From Bacteroidia bacterium (GTDB taxonomy: Bacteria > Bacteroidota > Bacteroidia > AKYH767-A > OLB10): DNA of 64,000 bases. Location: the NCBI GenBank assembly GCA_020847635.1, contig JADLBQ010000019.1:7686-71685 (forward strand), written 5' to 3'. The notes beneath the pieces were generated by a model, which did no database searches, was not told the DNA's origin, and was given only the letters and a program-made list of their open reading frames with translations. The first letter of the stretch is position 1, and each line of letters begins with the position of its first letter. Positions 31,390 to 41,843 of this stretch are shown here, one piece after another. Position numbers and translations under genes: made by a program.

Positions 31390-33263
31390 TTATTTTATTA
31401 TTTGCAGCTGTCTGACTGTAGTTCCAGCACCGGCTATTATCCTGACCGTATAAAGTCCTTCCGCAAGATTGTTTAGATCATAGTGGAAAATGTTGCTTAT
31501 TACTTTTCCTTCATTAAAGGAAGCTACTTCCTGACCGGTTAAATTAAATACTTCAACACGAAGTTCAGAAGACTTTTCAAAGTTTACTTTCAAATTAAAA
31601 CTTCCCGAACTTAGGGTTGGATACAAACTAATACTCTGGCTGAGATCACTTGTATTCACACTTGTAGGAGTTGCAACATTAATGTTATCTAGTAAGCATT
31701 ATTTCCATATGCGGAAATGGCTCTGAACCGGATGAAGACCAATGGTTGGCCAATAAAGTTGTTCAGACTTACAGTCTCGTGTCGCCACTGAGCCGGGGAA
31801 TTTGGTGTAAAGGCTCCGGTTTGTGGCGGTACGGTAGCTAATGCTGAACCAGCTTTATTCCATACAGTTGCCCAATTCGCTCCGCAATCGGTTGATACCT
31901 GAACCTGAATCCGGTCATTATAGGAAGCAGAATACTGAGCATAGGCAACATCAAAATCAAGATTAATAGCAGTCTGACCTGTGAAGTCCTGCGCTTCCAG
32001 CCACATGTCATCAATGTTCCCACTTGAGATATTGTAAAATCCTATTCTAGCTGAACCTACATTTTGAAATCCGGCATTGCTTCTAATCCAGGTAATCCCA
32101 TGATCAGGATTATCAACAAACCAACCGGCTGGAGGGAATACTAAGGCTGTAAAATCCTGAACCAGCGGAATTGCAGCACCGGTCGGTGGCACTACCGAAA
32201 ATGTTCTTGAAGCATTATCATAATAGGTATTAAAATCTGTAGTCCCGTTAGGATCTAAAATGTTAACAGCCAGGGTGTTTGAGCCAACAGTTAATGCAAT
32301 AGATGGTAAACTTACGATAGTTGTTGCTCCCGGAGCAAGGCTGCCGCTCCAAGAACTTATATTAGGAGTTCCACCATTTAAAGCGTATGAAATATTAAGT
32401 GATGACAGTGTATTCAGGCCATTATTTTTAACTTCAAAACTTGGATTAATTGAAGTGTTGCAATTTACCGTACCAATTCCTGAAATTCCCATACAGGTTA
32501 TCCGGGCATCATCAGGAATTCCCAAAGGTGCACTGTAAGCAGCCTGATGCACTTCTTTAGTTGAAGGATTCAAAATCCAGGCAACTACAGCGAGGCTGGT
32601 TTTATCATAAACATTGGCAAGTGACCAGGTAAAATTGAATGGTTCTGTCTGTCCGTTGGTCCAGGTTGCAGGCATGGTTGTTCCTGCTTGATTAGGAAGC
32701 ATCTTTTTCATAACACCTTCAAAATGGGTTTCACCATTAGTTCCCGGAGGGGAACAGAAATGGATATCTCTTTCTATTACGGCCACTCGTAAAATTGTAC
32801 CAGTCGAAAAGGATTGTGCAGCAGTTACTACACCGGATACGTTGATCTCGCTGTAATCGTTATTAAAGCTATGGCTAAGTGAAATTGAAAAAGGTGAAGG
32901 AACTGAAGCCCGGTTATTAATAACAGACTGATTAAAGTTCCCCGGGTTATTATGCCAGACATTTCCATCTATAACTGCATCTGGCACTCCGTTTACTCCA
33001 TACAGTGAGACCATTGATGCAACCTCAGTTGGATTATGAGCATTCATTGGGTCAACTCCCGGCCAGTTGACTTGATATTTTACAGCAACCACATTGGTTG
33101 AGTTTGCATTAAGTATTGCATTAAAGCCTGGATTGTACGTAGCACAAGGCGGACAGGATGCATTGGTAAATTCTTCAACCATAATCATCCGGGTAGTCTG
33201 ACTATTAGCTGAAAAATTAATTGCAATTGCTAGTACTGCAAATAAGGTAATTGATTTTTTCAT
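31390..33263 (-). pseudogene. Thioredoxin-fold (Omp28-related-like) T9SS cargo gene split by a 1-nt frameshift just before its CTD
   Basis: The 533-aa ORF (signal peptide; EEFTNASCPPCA motif) ends ..RAISAYGNNAY*. The adjacent frame is open through the same bases and reads LDNINVATPTSVNTSDLSQSISLYPT.... This is the T9SS CTD of ORF 31390..31659. Restoring one base near 31689-31693 gives ..GNNAYLDNINV.., one continuous protein. Confidence 0.65.
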
Positions 33264-33344
33264 AGTTGACTTTATTTTTTCAAGTTTCAAATGTAGGTAA
33301 AAGAATTATTCCAAAATTAAGGGATAATAATTATATTCCTTGGA

Positions 33345-34376
33345 CTATTTTCTGATTCCCCTTCGGTTTAATGCTTGCTGAAATCTTCGGGCATTAAGCT
33401 GATGTTCAGCATAGTTTGAGGCAAATACATGGTAGCCTGACATGTCATCCCTGGCACAGAAGTACATGTAATCATGTCCATCCGCATTCAAAACAGCATC
33501 AATGGATGAAATGGAAGGGAGGCAAATTGGGCCTGGTGGTAATCCAAAGTTCTTATAGGTATTGAATGGAGAATCAATTTCTTTATGGATATTCAGTACT
33601 CTGTTGATACTGAAATTGTCGGATGCATAGACCAGGGTTGGGTCAGCTTCTAACCGCCAGCCTTTGTTCAGTCGGTTCAGATAAACTCCGGCAATTACAG
33701 GTTTTTCATCCTTTTTCTGAGTTTCCTGTTCAACAATGGATGCGAGGATTGAGACCTGTTTCAGGGTCAGATTAAGCTTTTTTGCTTTTTCCCGTCTCTC
33801 AGCTGACCAGAAGGTATTGTATTCTTTGACCATTCTTTTTATCAGGTTTGCGGAGGTGATATTCCAGAAAATATCATAGGTATTCGGAATGAAAATGACG
33901 CCTGCCGAAATGCTGTCGAGTCCTAATGAATCAAGTATAATGGAATCAAATAATGCACTTGAGATGGAAGAGGAGTCCGGCTCAAATTCTGCTGCCATTT
34001 CAGCAATTAGCTGGCCAGTTGTACGAAGGTTATTAAATGTAAATTTCACGGGTGTTTGACTGCCCGAGCGGAGCAGCTTCACTAGCTGCCGGTTCGACAT
34101 TCTGTCGGTAATCTGATAGCGACCCGGCCGGATGTTTTCTTTATATTTCATGATAGTGGCAGTCCTGATAAAACCGGGTTTGTCCTGAATCAGTTTCTGG
34201 TTCTCCAATTCCTTCAAAACATCCTGAAAACTGCTTCCGGTTTTGATATATAAAAAAGTACTGCTACCGTTATTCACCCGGATACTCGGAGCTTCAAAGG
34301 CATTGTAAATTCTTACTCCGGCAATAACCATAAGCAGAATAATGATAAATCCTAAAGATTTAAACAAAGTCTTCAC
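33345..34376 (-). CDS. mltG: Endolytic murein transglycosylase (YceG family)
   Basis: 343 aa with an N-terminal TM helix. YceG blocks seen: PGRYQI, ILASIVEQET, VYLNRLNKGWRLEADPTLVY, NTY...GLPPGPI. Confidence 0.85.
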   Translation of the reverse strand: MKTLFKSLGFIIILLMVIAGVRIYNAFEAPSIRVNNGSSTFLYIKTGSSFQDVLKELENQKLIQDKPGFIRTATIMKYKENIRPGRYQITDRMSNRQLVKLLRSGSQTPVKFTFNNLRTTGQLIAEMAAEFEPDSSSISSALFDSIILDSLGLDSISAGVIFIPNTYDIFWNITSANLIKRMVKEYNTFWSAERREKAKKLNLTLKQVSILASIVEQETQKKDEKPVIAGVYLNRLNKGWRLEADPTLVYASDNFSINRVLNIHKEIDSPFNTYKNFGLPPGPICLPSISSIDAVLNADGHDYMYFCARDDMSGYHVFASNYAEHQLNARRFQQALNRRGIRK

Positions 34377-34486
34377 AACGCTGTATTTGAAAATATTATA
34401 TGAATTTATTAAACTAATTAATGGCTGAATATTTTTACTGAATTCGATAAATAACCGGAAGAAATAATCCGGGCTTGAAAAAGCCC

Positions 34487-36586
34487 CTATCCAAGAAATT
34501 CTTTTTTTAGAGATAAACCTGAGGCTTCAGGCGGAATAGGAAGGCTGGAAATCAGTCTGCCGTTTACATCAAAAATTTCAAGTTTCATCTGCTGAACGCC
34601 AGGGAGGGTTGCAAACCGGAAGTTAATCTGATCTTCGAATGGATTAGGGAAAGCTGACAGCAATATCGTTTGGTTAGATAAGGAGTTTTCATGAATTCCT
34701 AAAGGCGGACAATTCACTAAAGCATTGAAGCCGTCTAATTTCCCATAGCCCCAGTGGATATTGGGCAATCCTGCTGAACCAGTAAAACTGTCAAGTCGGG
34801 CACAGTTGAGGATTGCATTTTTAACGTCCTGCCAGGTGGCATTAGGAAACCGCTGAAAGAATAAAGCCGCTACTCCAGCAACAGCCGGTGAGGCAGTTGA
34901 GGTACCACCATCTCGCATGTGCATGCAGCCTTGGGCAATCTTCTCCGGTGGGATTGAGGATATCTGATAGGTTACCAAAGGAGCCATTGTAATCCCTCCG
35001 GGAGCTGAAATATCCGGTTTAAGAAGGCCTGTCCTGGTTGGACCTTTACTTGATGCTGCTGCCAGTGAATCAGGTGTGATAACCATCAGGCTTTCCTGAT
35101 TTCCATTACAATCAATATAGCTTTGTTTATTTCCATATTCAGCAACGGTAATTACCTTATCGCTGCATGCAAAACTGCTGACAACATTCTGAGTAAAATC
35201 CGGCATGTTATAATTTGCTGATGGCGGATACACAGACGGTAAAGGAACATTTGAGCTTTCCATCTGAAAACTCCAGACATCAAATTTTCCTGCTCCTGTA
35301 AAACTTAGTCTGAATTTATAGCTGTTTGAATCAGGAATTACATTAAAAATCATTGAATACCTTCCTGCTGATAAACTTGCTTGACTCTGGATGCGGGCAA
35401 GCCGGTTGCCATCCCAACTATAAAGCGTGTCCATTTTAAAGACACCAACATGATTTAAAACGCTGGTAAACGGTCGTTGGCCGCGATGTTCATAATAACC
35501 GCTGGTTTTATCTGCACCAACTGAGAAATGAACATTTTCAAACTGGCCTTGACTTCCCCACATTTCCATTAAGATAGCAGTGCCGTAGGATGGGTTGTAA
35601 TTATACCAGGTAAACAATGTATCGTTACCGGCTGTAGAATTGTATTGCATGTGAAGGCGGATATTTCCGGCATTTCCAGCAGCACAAACAACTGCTCGTC
35701 CGGGTTTTGACGTGATCAGGTTGTTAATCATTTGTGCCTGCAGGTCGAGTGCATCATGAGATCCATAATAGCTCCCTGCGCTAATGTTAATTACGCATGG
35801 TTTATTTACTGCATCGGCTTTCTGAAAAATATAATTAACGGCATCTGCAACTGAGTTTAGCCAGGCATTGGTATTCAGATTCCAGTTCAGGCAAACCGTA
35901 ACTAAATCAGCTTCCGGTGCAACTCCCTGAAAGTAATTGATAGCTCTGCCATTTCCGGCAGCTACTCCGGTTACATGAGTACCATGCCCGTTTGAATTAT
36001 CAACATGGGCATTTGCCTGGCCATTATTAATCTGTAAAGCCGTGAACTCCGTTCCGTAAGTATAACCTGCCGGAGGAGCTCCCGGAAGGTTATGATCCCA
36101 GATTGAAATCAGCCTGGTATTACTATTGGCATCTTTAAAGTCGGGATGATTAAAGTCAATTCCTGAATCAATAATACCAATTACCACTCCGTTACCTTTA
36201 TAAGGCTGAGGTAATGGTGGTAACCCAAGATGAATGGGACGAACATTGGCTTTTGAAACCAGTGAATCATTCAGCGGCTGTAATTGCTGGTAACTATCTT
36301 CAGCAGCCAAAACTTTTGGAGAAGAAGCCAGATCCATTACTTTTGAAACTGGAAGTTCAATTGCTGCTATGTCTCCTGCTGAGTATTTAAAGTAACCGTT
36401 GTAAAGTGTTGTCAGCCTTTTGATTTCGGTAATATCTCCCTGAACAAACAAACCAACTCTTCGGGAGGGATCTGTTTCCTCTGTTATTTTTTTAACCAAT
36501 GTGAAATTCAGCTTCTCGTATTTCTGAGCCAGTGCCTTACCGGAAGTAATACAGCAAATGAGCGAAAGAAGAATAAGTTTTCTCAT
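34487..36586 (-). CDS. S8 (subtilisin-family) serine peptidase with T9SS C-terminal domain
   Basis: Catalytic triad motifs GIIDSGID, HGTHVTG and GTSTASPAVAG. The start MRKLILLSLICC is at 36586. The CTD-like end reads FPNPFEDQINFRF...LEIFDVNGRLIS. Confidence 0.8.
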   Translation of the reverse strand: MRKLILLSLICCITSGKALAQKYEKLNFTLVKKITEETDPSRRVGLFVQGDITEIKRLTTLYNGYFKYSAGDIAAIELPVSKVMDLASSPKVLAAEDSYQQLQPLNDSLVSKANVRPIHLGLPPLPQPYKGNGVVIGIIDSGIDFNHPDFKDANSNTRLISIWDHNLPGAPPAGYTYGTEFTALQINNGQANAHVDNSNGHGTHVTGVAAGNGRAINYFQGVAPEADLVTVCLNWNLNTNAWLNSVADAVNYIFQKADAVNKPCVINISAGSYYGSHDALDLQAQMINNLITSKPGRAVVCAAGNAGNIRLHMQYNSTAGNDTLFTWYNYNPSYGTAILMEMWGSQGQFENVHFSVGADKTSGYYEHRGQRPFTSVLNHVGVFKMDTLYSWDGNRLARIQSQASLSAGRYSMIFNVIPDSNSYKFRLSFTGAGKFDVWSFQMESSNVPLPSVYPPSANYNMPDFTQNVVSSFACSDKVITVAEYGNKQSYIDCNGNQESLMVITPDSLAAASSKGPTRTGLLKPDISAPGGITMAPLVTYQISSIPPEKIAQGCMHMRDGGTSTASPAVAGVAALFFQRFPNATWQDVKNAILNCARLDSFTGSAGLPNIHWGYGKLDGFNALVNCPPLGIHENSLSNQTILLSAFPNPFEDQINFRFATLPGVQQMKLEIFDVNGRLISSLPIPPEASGLSLKKEFLG

Positions 36587-36872
36587 AATTACAAATAGCT
36601 TTTTTATGTTCTCAAGGATTGTAAAATTATTTAAATCAACCAACTAAAATATGAGTTGAAAAAAAATTAATACAGAGTTTATCATCAGGTAAGGGTTGAT
36701 AGCTGTCAGGTTGGAAGTGACTCAAAAGTTAATCTGCCAATCTTTCATTTCGGAAATCCGGTTTTTGAAATTTTGTCAGTCAAAAATGCTGAAAATGGGT
36801 TTGGTATTTTGTTTGAGTAAAGCAAGTCAAACACATTAAAAAATAAACATACTATCTAAAAGGAGGTTAACT

Positions 36873-37322
36873 ATGACACTTATCAAATTAAAAAAAGACA
36901 ATGGAGTGGAACGCTATGCTGAAAGGTTCCCTTACTTCTCAGAAATGTTCAGCGATTTTTTTAACACCTGGCCCGGTGACAGCCGAAGGCAGTCGGTTCC
37001 TGCAGTAAATATTTCGGAAACCGATGAGAACTTTCGAATTGAAGTGGCAGCTCCCGGAATGAATAAGGAGGATTTTAAGATCAGTGTTGAGAATGATTTA
37101 CTAACGATTAGTGCTGAAAAAAAGGAAGAAAAGAGTGATAAGAATGAACGTTTTACACGGCAGGAGTTCAGTTATGTTTCATTCAGCCGGTCGTTCAATA
37201 TGCCTGAGATGGTTGATACTGAAAAAATTAATGCATCCTATAACAATGGTGTTATGGTCATTATTCTCCCCAAACAGGAGGAAGCTAAGCCAAAACCGGT
37301 TCGTGAAATAAAAATAGCGTAA
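36873..37322 (+). CDS. Hsp20/alpha-crystallin small heat-shock protein
   Basis: 149 aa. The alpha-crystallin domain reads PAVNISETDENFRIEVAAPGMNKEDFKISVENDLLTISAEK...NGVMVIILPK. It is preceded by a canonical AGGAGG at 36861-36866. Confidence 0.85.
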   Translation: MTLIKLKKDNGVERYAERFPYFSEMFSDFFNTWPGDSRRQSVPAVNISETDENFRIEVAAPGMNKEDFKISVENDLLTISAEKKEEKSDKNERFTRQEFSYVSFSRSFNMPEMVDTEKINASYNNGVMVIILPKQEEAKPKPVREIKIA

Positions 37323-37341
37323 ATAGTTTAAGGTTGGTTTG

Positions 37342-37378
37342 AACCTGCTGACCCATTACCGGGTGAGCAGGTTTTTTT
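37342..37378 (+). terminator. Intrinsic terminator after hsp20
   Basis: aacctgct...agcaggtt stem, extendable with one mismatch, followed by T7. It overlaps the xerD stop codon region. Confidence 0.65.
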
Positions 37379-38270
37379 ATGCCCTGGGGTGATGCATCAG
37401 GATATTGCTTCTCAGGTATTCACTGTCAAGGTGAGTATAAATTTCGGTAGTTGTAATGCTTTCATGACCAAGCATTGCCTGAACGGCTCTTAAATCAGCA
37501 CCTCCTTCAACCAGGTGGGTTGCGAAGGAATGCCTGAATGTATGAGGGCTTACTTTTTTTTTAATTCCGGTAATCTTAAGCTGGTTTTTAATTATGTAAA
37601 AAATCATCACTCTGCTGATTCTTGATCCCCGGTTATTTAAAAATAAATAATCATCCTGACCCGCTTTGATCCTGACGTGATTCCGCCAGTTATCAAGATA
37701 AAGCCGGATGTGTTTGACAGCGCTCCCTCCAATCGGAACAATTCTTTCTTTGTTGCCTTTACCGGTAATTTTCAGCAAACCAATGTCTAGAAAAGTTTGT
37801 GACAGCCGTAAGCCAGTAAGTTCTGAAACTCGAAGTCCGCTGCTATATAAGGTTTCAAGAATAGCTTTGTTACGGGTGCCTTCAGGTTTACTCAGGTCAA
37901 TGCTGTCAATCATCCGGTTTACTTCTTCAACTGTTAGAAAAACAGGAAGTTTCCGACCGATTCTTGGATTTTCGATTAAAGCAGTCGGATCAGAAGAAAC
38001 AATATTTTCAATGAGCAGGTATTTATAAAATGCTCGGATACCAGAAAGTATTCGGGCTTGTGAGCCTGCACTCATTCCAAGTTGATTGACCCATTTCAGA
38101 AAAACTCTCAGATCTTCAGCTGTGATTGCTTCTGCGGATTTGCCGCTTGAATGGCCAAACTGACTTAATTTTTCAGCGTCATCTTTGTAGGCTTCGAGGC
38201 TGTTTACAGATAATGACCTTTCGAGTCGCAGGTAGTTTGTAAATCCACGGATGTAACTTTCCCAATTCAT
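37377..38270 (-). CDS. xerD: Tyrosine site-specific recombinase XerD (chromosome dimer resolution)
   Basis: 297 aa. N-terminal SAM-like domain (YLRLERSLSVNSLEAYKDD). Catalytic region: HTFRHSFATHLVEGGADLRAVQAMLGHESITTTEIYTH. It is divergent from aroQ, with no flanking mobile-element features. Confidence 0.85.
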   Translation of the reverse strand: MNWESYIRGFTNYLRLERSLSVNSLEAYKDDAEKLSQFGHSSGKSAEAITAEDLRVFLKWVNQLGMSAGSQARILSGIRAFYKYLLIENIVSSDPTALIENPRIGRKLPVFLTVEEVNRMIDSIDLSKPEGTRNKAILETLYSSGLRVSELTGLRLSQTFLDIGLLKITGKGNKERIVPIGGSAVKHIRLYLDNWRNHVRIKAGQDDYLFLNNRGSRISRVMIFYIIKNQLKITGIKKKVSPHTFRHSFATHLVEGGADLRAVQAMLGHESITTTEIYTHLDSEYLRSNILMHHPRA

Positions 38271-38424
38271 TGAGTGGCTAATATGGCTGTTCTTTAGTGA
38301 TAATGGCAGCCATTGGAAATGAATTGTAAACGATTTTCATGTGAATAGCAGCTTTGGGATGCAGCTTAAGCAAGGACTGGTTGTCAATCTATATTCAGCT
38401 ATTTTTGTCTGAATTAATTGACGA

Positions 38425-38862
38425 ATGAAACTCAGCAAGATTATCATTATCAACGGGCCAAATCTAAACCTGCTTGGGAAACGGGAGCCTGAGATCTATG
38501 GCAATGAATCATTTGAAGAGTATTTCAGCAAATTGAAGGCCTTATTTAGCGGTGTTGGTTTACATTATTTTCAAAGTAATGTTGAGGGCGAATTAATCAA
38601 CCTGCTGCATGAACATGGGTTTAATTCGGACGGAATTATTCTGAATGCCGGGGGGTATACCCACACGTCTGTAGCTATTGCTGATGCCATTGCAGCCATT
38701 AGCATTCCTGTAATTGAAGTTCATATTTCAAATATTTACAAGCGCGAGGGATTCCGTCATCGTTCATTACTGTCTCCTCACTGCATTGGAACAATTACAG
38801 GTTTGGGTCTTGCAGGTTATGAGTATGCCGTTCGGTTTCTTATTCAGAACCGAACTTACTGA
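38425..38862 (+). CDS. aroQ: Type II 3-dehydroquinate dehydratase
   Basis: 145 aa. Motifs seen: INGPNLNLLGKREPEIYG, NAGGYTHTSVA, EVHISNI. Confidence 0.9.
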   Translation: MKLSKIIIINGPNLNLLGKREPEIYGNESFEEYFSKLKALFSGVGLHYFQSNVEGELINLLHEHGFNSDGIILNAGGYTHTSVAIADAIAAISIPVIEVHISNIYKREGFRHRSLLSPHCIGTITGLGLAGYEYAVRFLIQNRTY

Positions 38863-39857
38863 ACCGGATAGTAAATATCGGTTTGCCAGTTTGCCGTGTC
38901 GTTTTCTGTTTCAGGACCTGAAATGAATTGCTCGCGAAGGGGTCCATTAATAAGCAAACCTTTTTCTCCTGCATATTTAAGAACGGCATCACGGCCTTTT
39001 TGAATGAGACGGAAATCACCGAAATAATGAGCTACAACTTCTTTTTGTGAAGGTAATTCTGCAGCTTTGATTGTTTTGGTGTTTCTTCCTTTTTTATTTG
39101 TTGGAATGACTACGCTTATTGTATCTAAGGTATCTGTTATTGAAAAATAAATTACAGAAGGCTGACCGGTAATCTCCAGTTGTTGCTTTTCAGCTTCCTG
39201 CCTTAACAGATTAAGATTTTCAAAATAAGCCAAACGAAGAAACTCCGGACTGGCTGTGTCGGTGATGGTAAGTAAATAAGCCGAATCGGAATTAATTTCC
39301 TCAATCACTGTTTTGACCGGAGGCGGAATAGGCGGCAGGCTGTCAATGATATTTTTTACATCACTAAGTCCCTGTTCAAACAGGTGGCCAAGCATTCCTT
39401 TAATCATCAGGTTCATATAACGGCTAAAAGGATTTGAACCAGCATCATTATCAAAATACCAGGTGACCCGGGTTGTGCCATTGATTTCTTCAAACAGAAA
39501 TCCGGGGTATCCTTTTTTATCTCCCATTTCCAGTTCGGTAACAATCAGTGAAAAAGGTTTACTTTCTGTGATTGTTATTTTTCCTTCTCCGGTTTTTTCT
39601 CCTTTCCATGAATAGCCGGCTCCGATTCCGGCATCAGGTCCGAAATGTGTCCATTTTGAATGGGTATCCATTTTTACCCATGGAAACCATTTTATCCAGT
39701 TCTCAACGGTATTAAACTGGTTAAAAACCAGATAAGCCGGGGCATTAAATTCAGCCTGCCTTTCAACGTGAACTTTAGATGGCAGAAAGAATCCGGCAAT
39801 TGCTGAGAGGATGAACAGACCAATAAGTGTGAAAAGAATGTATTTCAGAATTTTCAT
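38856..39857 (-). CDS. SRPBCC-family protein with C-terminal GyrI-like domain, N-terminal membrane anchor
   Basis: 333 aa with an N-terminal TM helix. The first half resembles the polyketide-cyclase/SRPBCC fold. The second half is GyrI-like (tentative). It overlaps the aroQ 3' end by 7 nt (convergent). Confidence 0.45.
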   Translation of the reverse strand: MKILKYILFTLIGLFILSAIAGFFLPSKVHVERQAEFNAPAYLVFNQFNTVENWIKWFPWVKMDTHSKWTHFGPDAGIGAGYSWKGEKTGEGKITITESKPFSLIVTELEMGDKKGYPGFLFEEINGTTRVTWYFDNDAGSNPFSRYMNLMIKGMLGHLFEQGLSDVKNIIDSLPPIPPPVKTVIEEINSDSAYLLTITDTASPEFLRLAYFENLNLLRQEAEKQQLEITGQPSVIYFSITDTLDTISVVIPTNKKGRNTKTIKAAELPSQKEVVAHYFGDFRLIQKGRDAVLKYAGEKGLLINGPLREQFISGPETENDTANWQTDIYYPVQ

Positions 39858-39949
39858 AAGAGCAAGGATTTGTTATGCCATGCCAAAACTACACTTTTTG
39901 TAAAGTATCTGTTAATGCAGGGTTACCATTTCATATTATGTTTGCACGG

Positions 39950-40768
39950 ATGATTTCCTATCCGAATGCTAAAATTAATATTGGACTAAATATTCTGGCC
40001 AGGCGTAAAGATGGCTATCATGAGATTGAATCGGTCATGTATCCGGTTCCGTTGACTGATATACTTGAGGTTAATCCTGCTAATGAAAAATTTCCGGGAG
40101 GATTCCAGAGTTCGGGTATCCGTGTGACTGCCTCGGATAATGAGAACCTGGTACAGCGTGCATTCTGGGTCTTTAAACGTGAATTTGGAAGCAGCGATAT
40201 GTATATCCATCTTCATAAGCAGATACCTCACGCTGCCGGCTTGGGTGGTGGCTCAGCTGATGCAGCTTTTGCACTAAAATTATTTTCATTCATTAACGGC
40301 ACTGAAATATCGCACCATTTGCTCCGGGATGCAGCTGCAGAACTGGGAAGTGACTGTGCTTTTTTTATTGATAATCTACCTGCGTTGGCAACCGGAAGAG
40401 GGGAGAAGCTGACTCCAGTTGAGCCGGTACTGAACGGTTACTTCCTTGTAATTATTAAACCAGCAATTGAAGTTTCAACAGCCTGGGCATATAGCAAGGT
40501 TAATCCCCGGCCTGGTCTTGCTCCAATGACCCGGTTCTACTCAATGAATGTGGATCAGTGGAAAGAAACTATGTTTAATGACTTTGAGGAGCCATTGTTT
40601 TTTCATTTTCCGGTACTTCAGGAAATTAAGAAGTTCCTTTATTCACAGGGTGCTGTTTATGCTTCAATGAGTGGAAGTGGCCCTTCGGTTTACGGAATCT
40701 TTAAAAAGGAATGGAAGATGAAAAAATATCAGGGTAGTGATTTTATCTGGTCTGGCTGGATTACGTAG
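39950..40768 (+). CDS. ispE: 4-diphosphocytidyl-2-C-methyl-D-erythritol kinase
   Basis: The start at MISYPNAKINIGLNILARRKDGYHEIES is preferred; the ORF track's 39875 start adds 25 non-homologous residues. GHMP kinase motif: PHAAGLGGGSADAA. Confidence 0.85.
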   Translation: MISYPNAKINIGLNILARRKDGYHEIESVMYPVPLTDILEVNPANEKFPGGFQSSGIRVTASDNENLVQRAFWVFKREFGSSDMYIHLHKQIPHAAGLGGGSADAAFALKLFSFINGTEISHHLLRDAAAELGSDCAFFIDNLPALATGRGEKLTPVEPVLNGYFLVIIKPAIEVSTAWAYSKVNPRPGLAPMTRFYSMNVDQWKETMFNDFEEPLFFHFPVLQEIKKFLYSQGAVYASMSGSGPSVYGIFKKEWKMKKYQGSDFIWSGWIT

Positions 40769-41843
40769 ACGATCTTCTATAAAGGACAATAGCAATTACG
40801 GCAAATGCAATATTTGGAATCCAGACCGAGAGCAAGGGTGAAAAATTGGATTTAATAGCAAAGGTTGTACTAATCTGCATAAACATAATATAAGTAAAAC
40901 TGAGCAGGATGCCAATTCCTAGCTGCATACCTGTTCCACCCCTTATTTTACGGGAGGAAACACTAAAGCCGATAACTGTCAGAATAAAAGTAGCAAAAGG
41001 AAAGGAGGTCCTCCGGTATTGTTCTACCTCCATGTAAGAGGTAAATTCAACACCCCGTTCCTGCTCACTGCGGATAAACTTTTTGAGTACCGGGGTTGTC
41101 ATTGTTTCAATGTTGCTTTCACGTTTTCGGAAATCATCTGCATGGAAAGCATAAGTTGTATCCAGAGTTGTTCCCTGCCGGACAAATTCATTTAATCCAT
41201 TAATTCTGCGTTCAAAATAATTTTCAAGTCTCCATTGGTTGTTTACTGAATCCCACACACAGCGGTCAGCTGTCATTTTATATAGTAGCTGATTGTCAGA
41301 AATAATTTCATGTGAGAAACGGTAACCTGCATTCTCACGTGAAGCAAAACTTTCAAAGTAGATATATTCACCAGGAGCCATCATCCGGTGGATGTTGCGG
41401 TATTTATAGACAAACGGATTTCGGATAAACTTTTCCTCAAAGCTGAGCCGCTTGGCATTTGCCATCGGAATAACACTGTGATTCATGTAAAGTGACAGAG
41501 CAGCAATAACTCCGGCACCAACCAGGTAAGGTACGAGCAACCTGCGAAAACTGATCCCCGAAGCATACATGGCAATAATTTCAGTTTGTGCCGAAAGCCG
41601 GGATGTGAAATAGATAACTGAAATAAATACAAACAGAGGTGAAAACAGATTGGCAAAGTATGGAATAAAGCCGGCATAATAATCGAAAATTATCTGAAAT
41701 AAAGTTGGTTTTTTATCAAGAAAGTCATCGATCTTTTCACTGATATCAAAAACGATGGCTATGGAAATAATCAGCAGGATTGAAAAAAAGAAAGTATTTA
41801 GAAACTTTCTGATAATATAAAAATCCAGGATTTTGATTTTCAT
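40761..41843 (-). CDS. LptF/LptG-family (YjgP/YjgQ) lipopolysaccharide export permease
   Basis: 360 aa. It starts MKIKILDFYIIRKFLNTFFFS, with the typical 3+3 TM layout around a periplasmic domain. Confidence 0.75.
   Translation of the reverse strand: MKIKILDFYIIRKFLNTFFFSILLIISIAIVFDISEKIDDFLDKKPTLFQIIFDYYAGFIPYFANLFSPLFVFISVIYFTSRLSAQTEIIAMYASGISFRRLLVPYLVGAGVIAALSLYMNHSVIPMANAKRLSFEEKFIRNPFVYKYRNIHRMMAPGEYIYFESFASRENAGYRFSHEIISDNQLLYKMTADRCVWDSVNNQWRLENYFERRINGLNEFVRQGTTLDTTYAFHADDFRKRESNIETMTTPVLKKFIRSEQERGVEFTSYMEVEQYRRTSFPFATFILTVIGFSVSSRKIRGGTGMQLGIGILLSFTYIMFMQISTTFAIKSNFSPLLSVWIPNIAFAVIAIVLYRRSST

Noticed and set aside
37377-38270. Tyrosine recombinase as the integrase of a mobile element.
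   Set aside because: The length, the XerD-type N-terminal domain and the conserved pairing with aroQ indicate the housekeeping dimer-resolution recombinase. No att-like repeats, tRNA target or cargo genes flank it.
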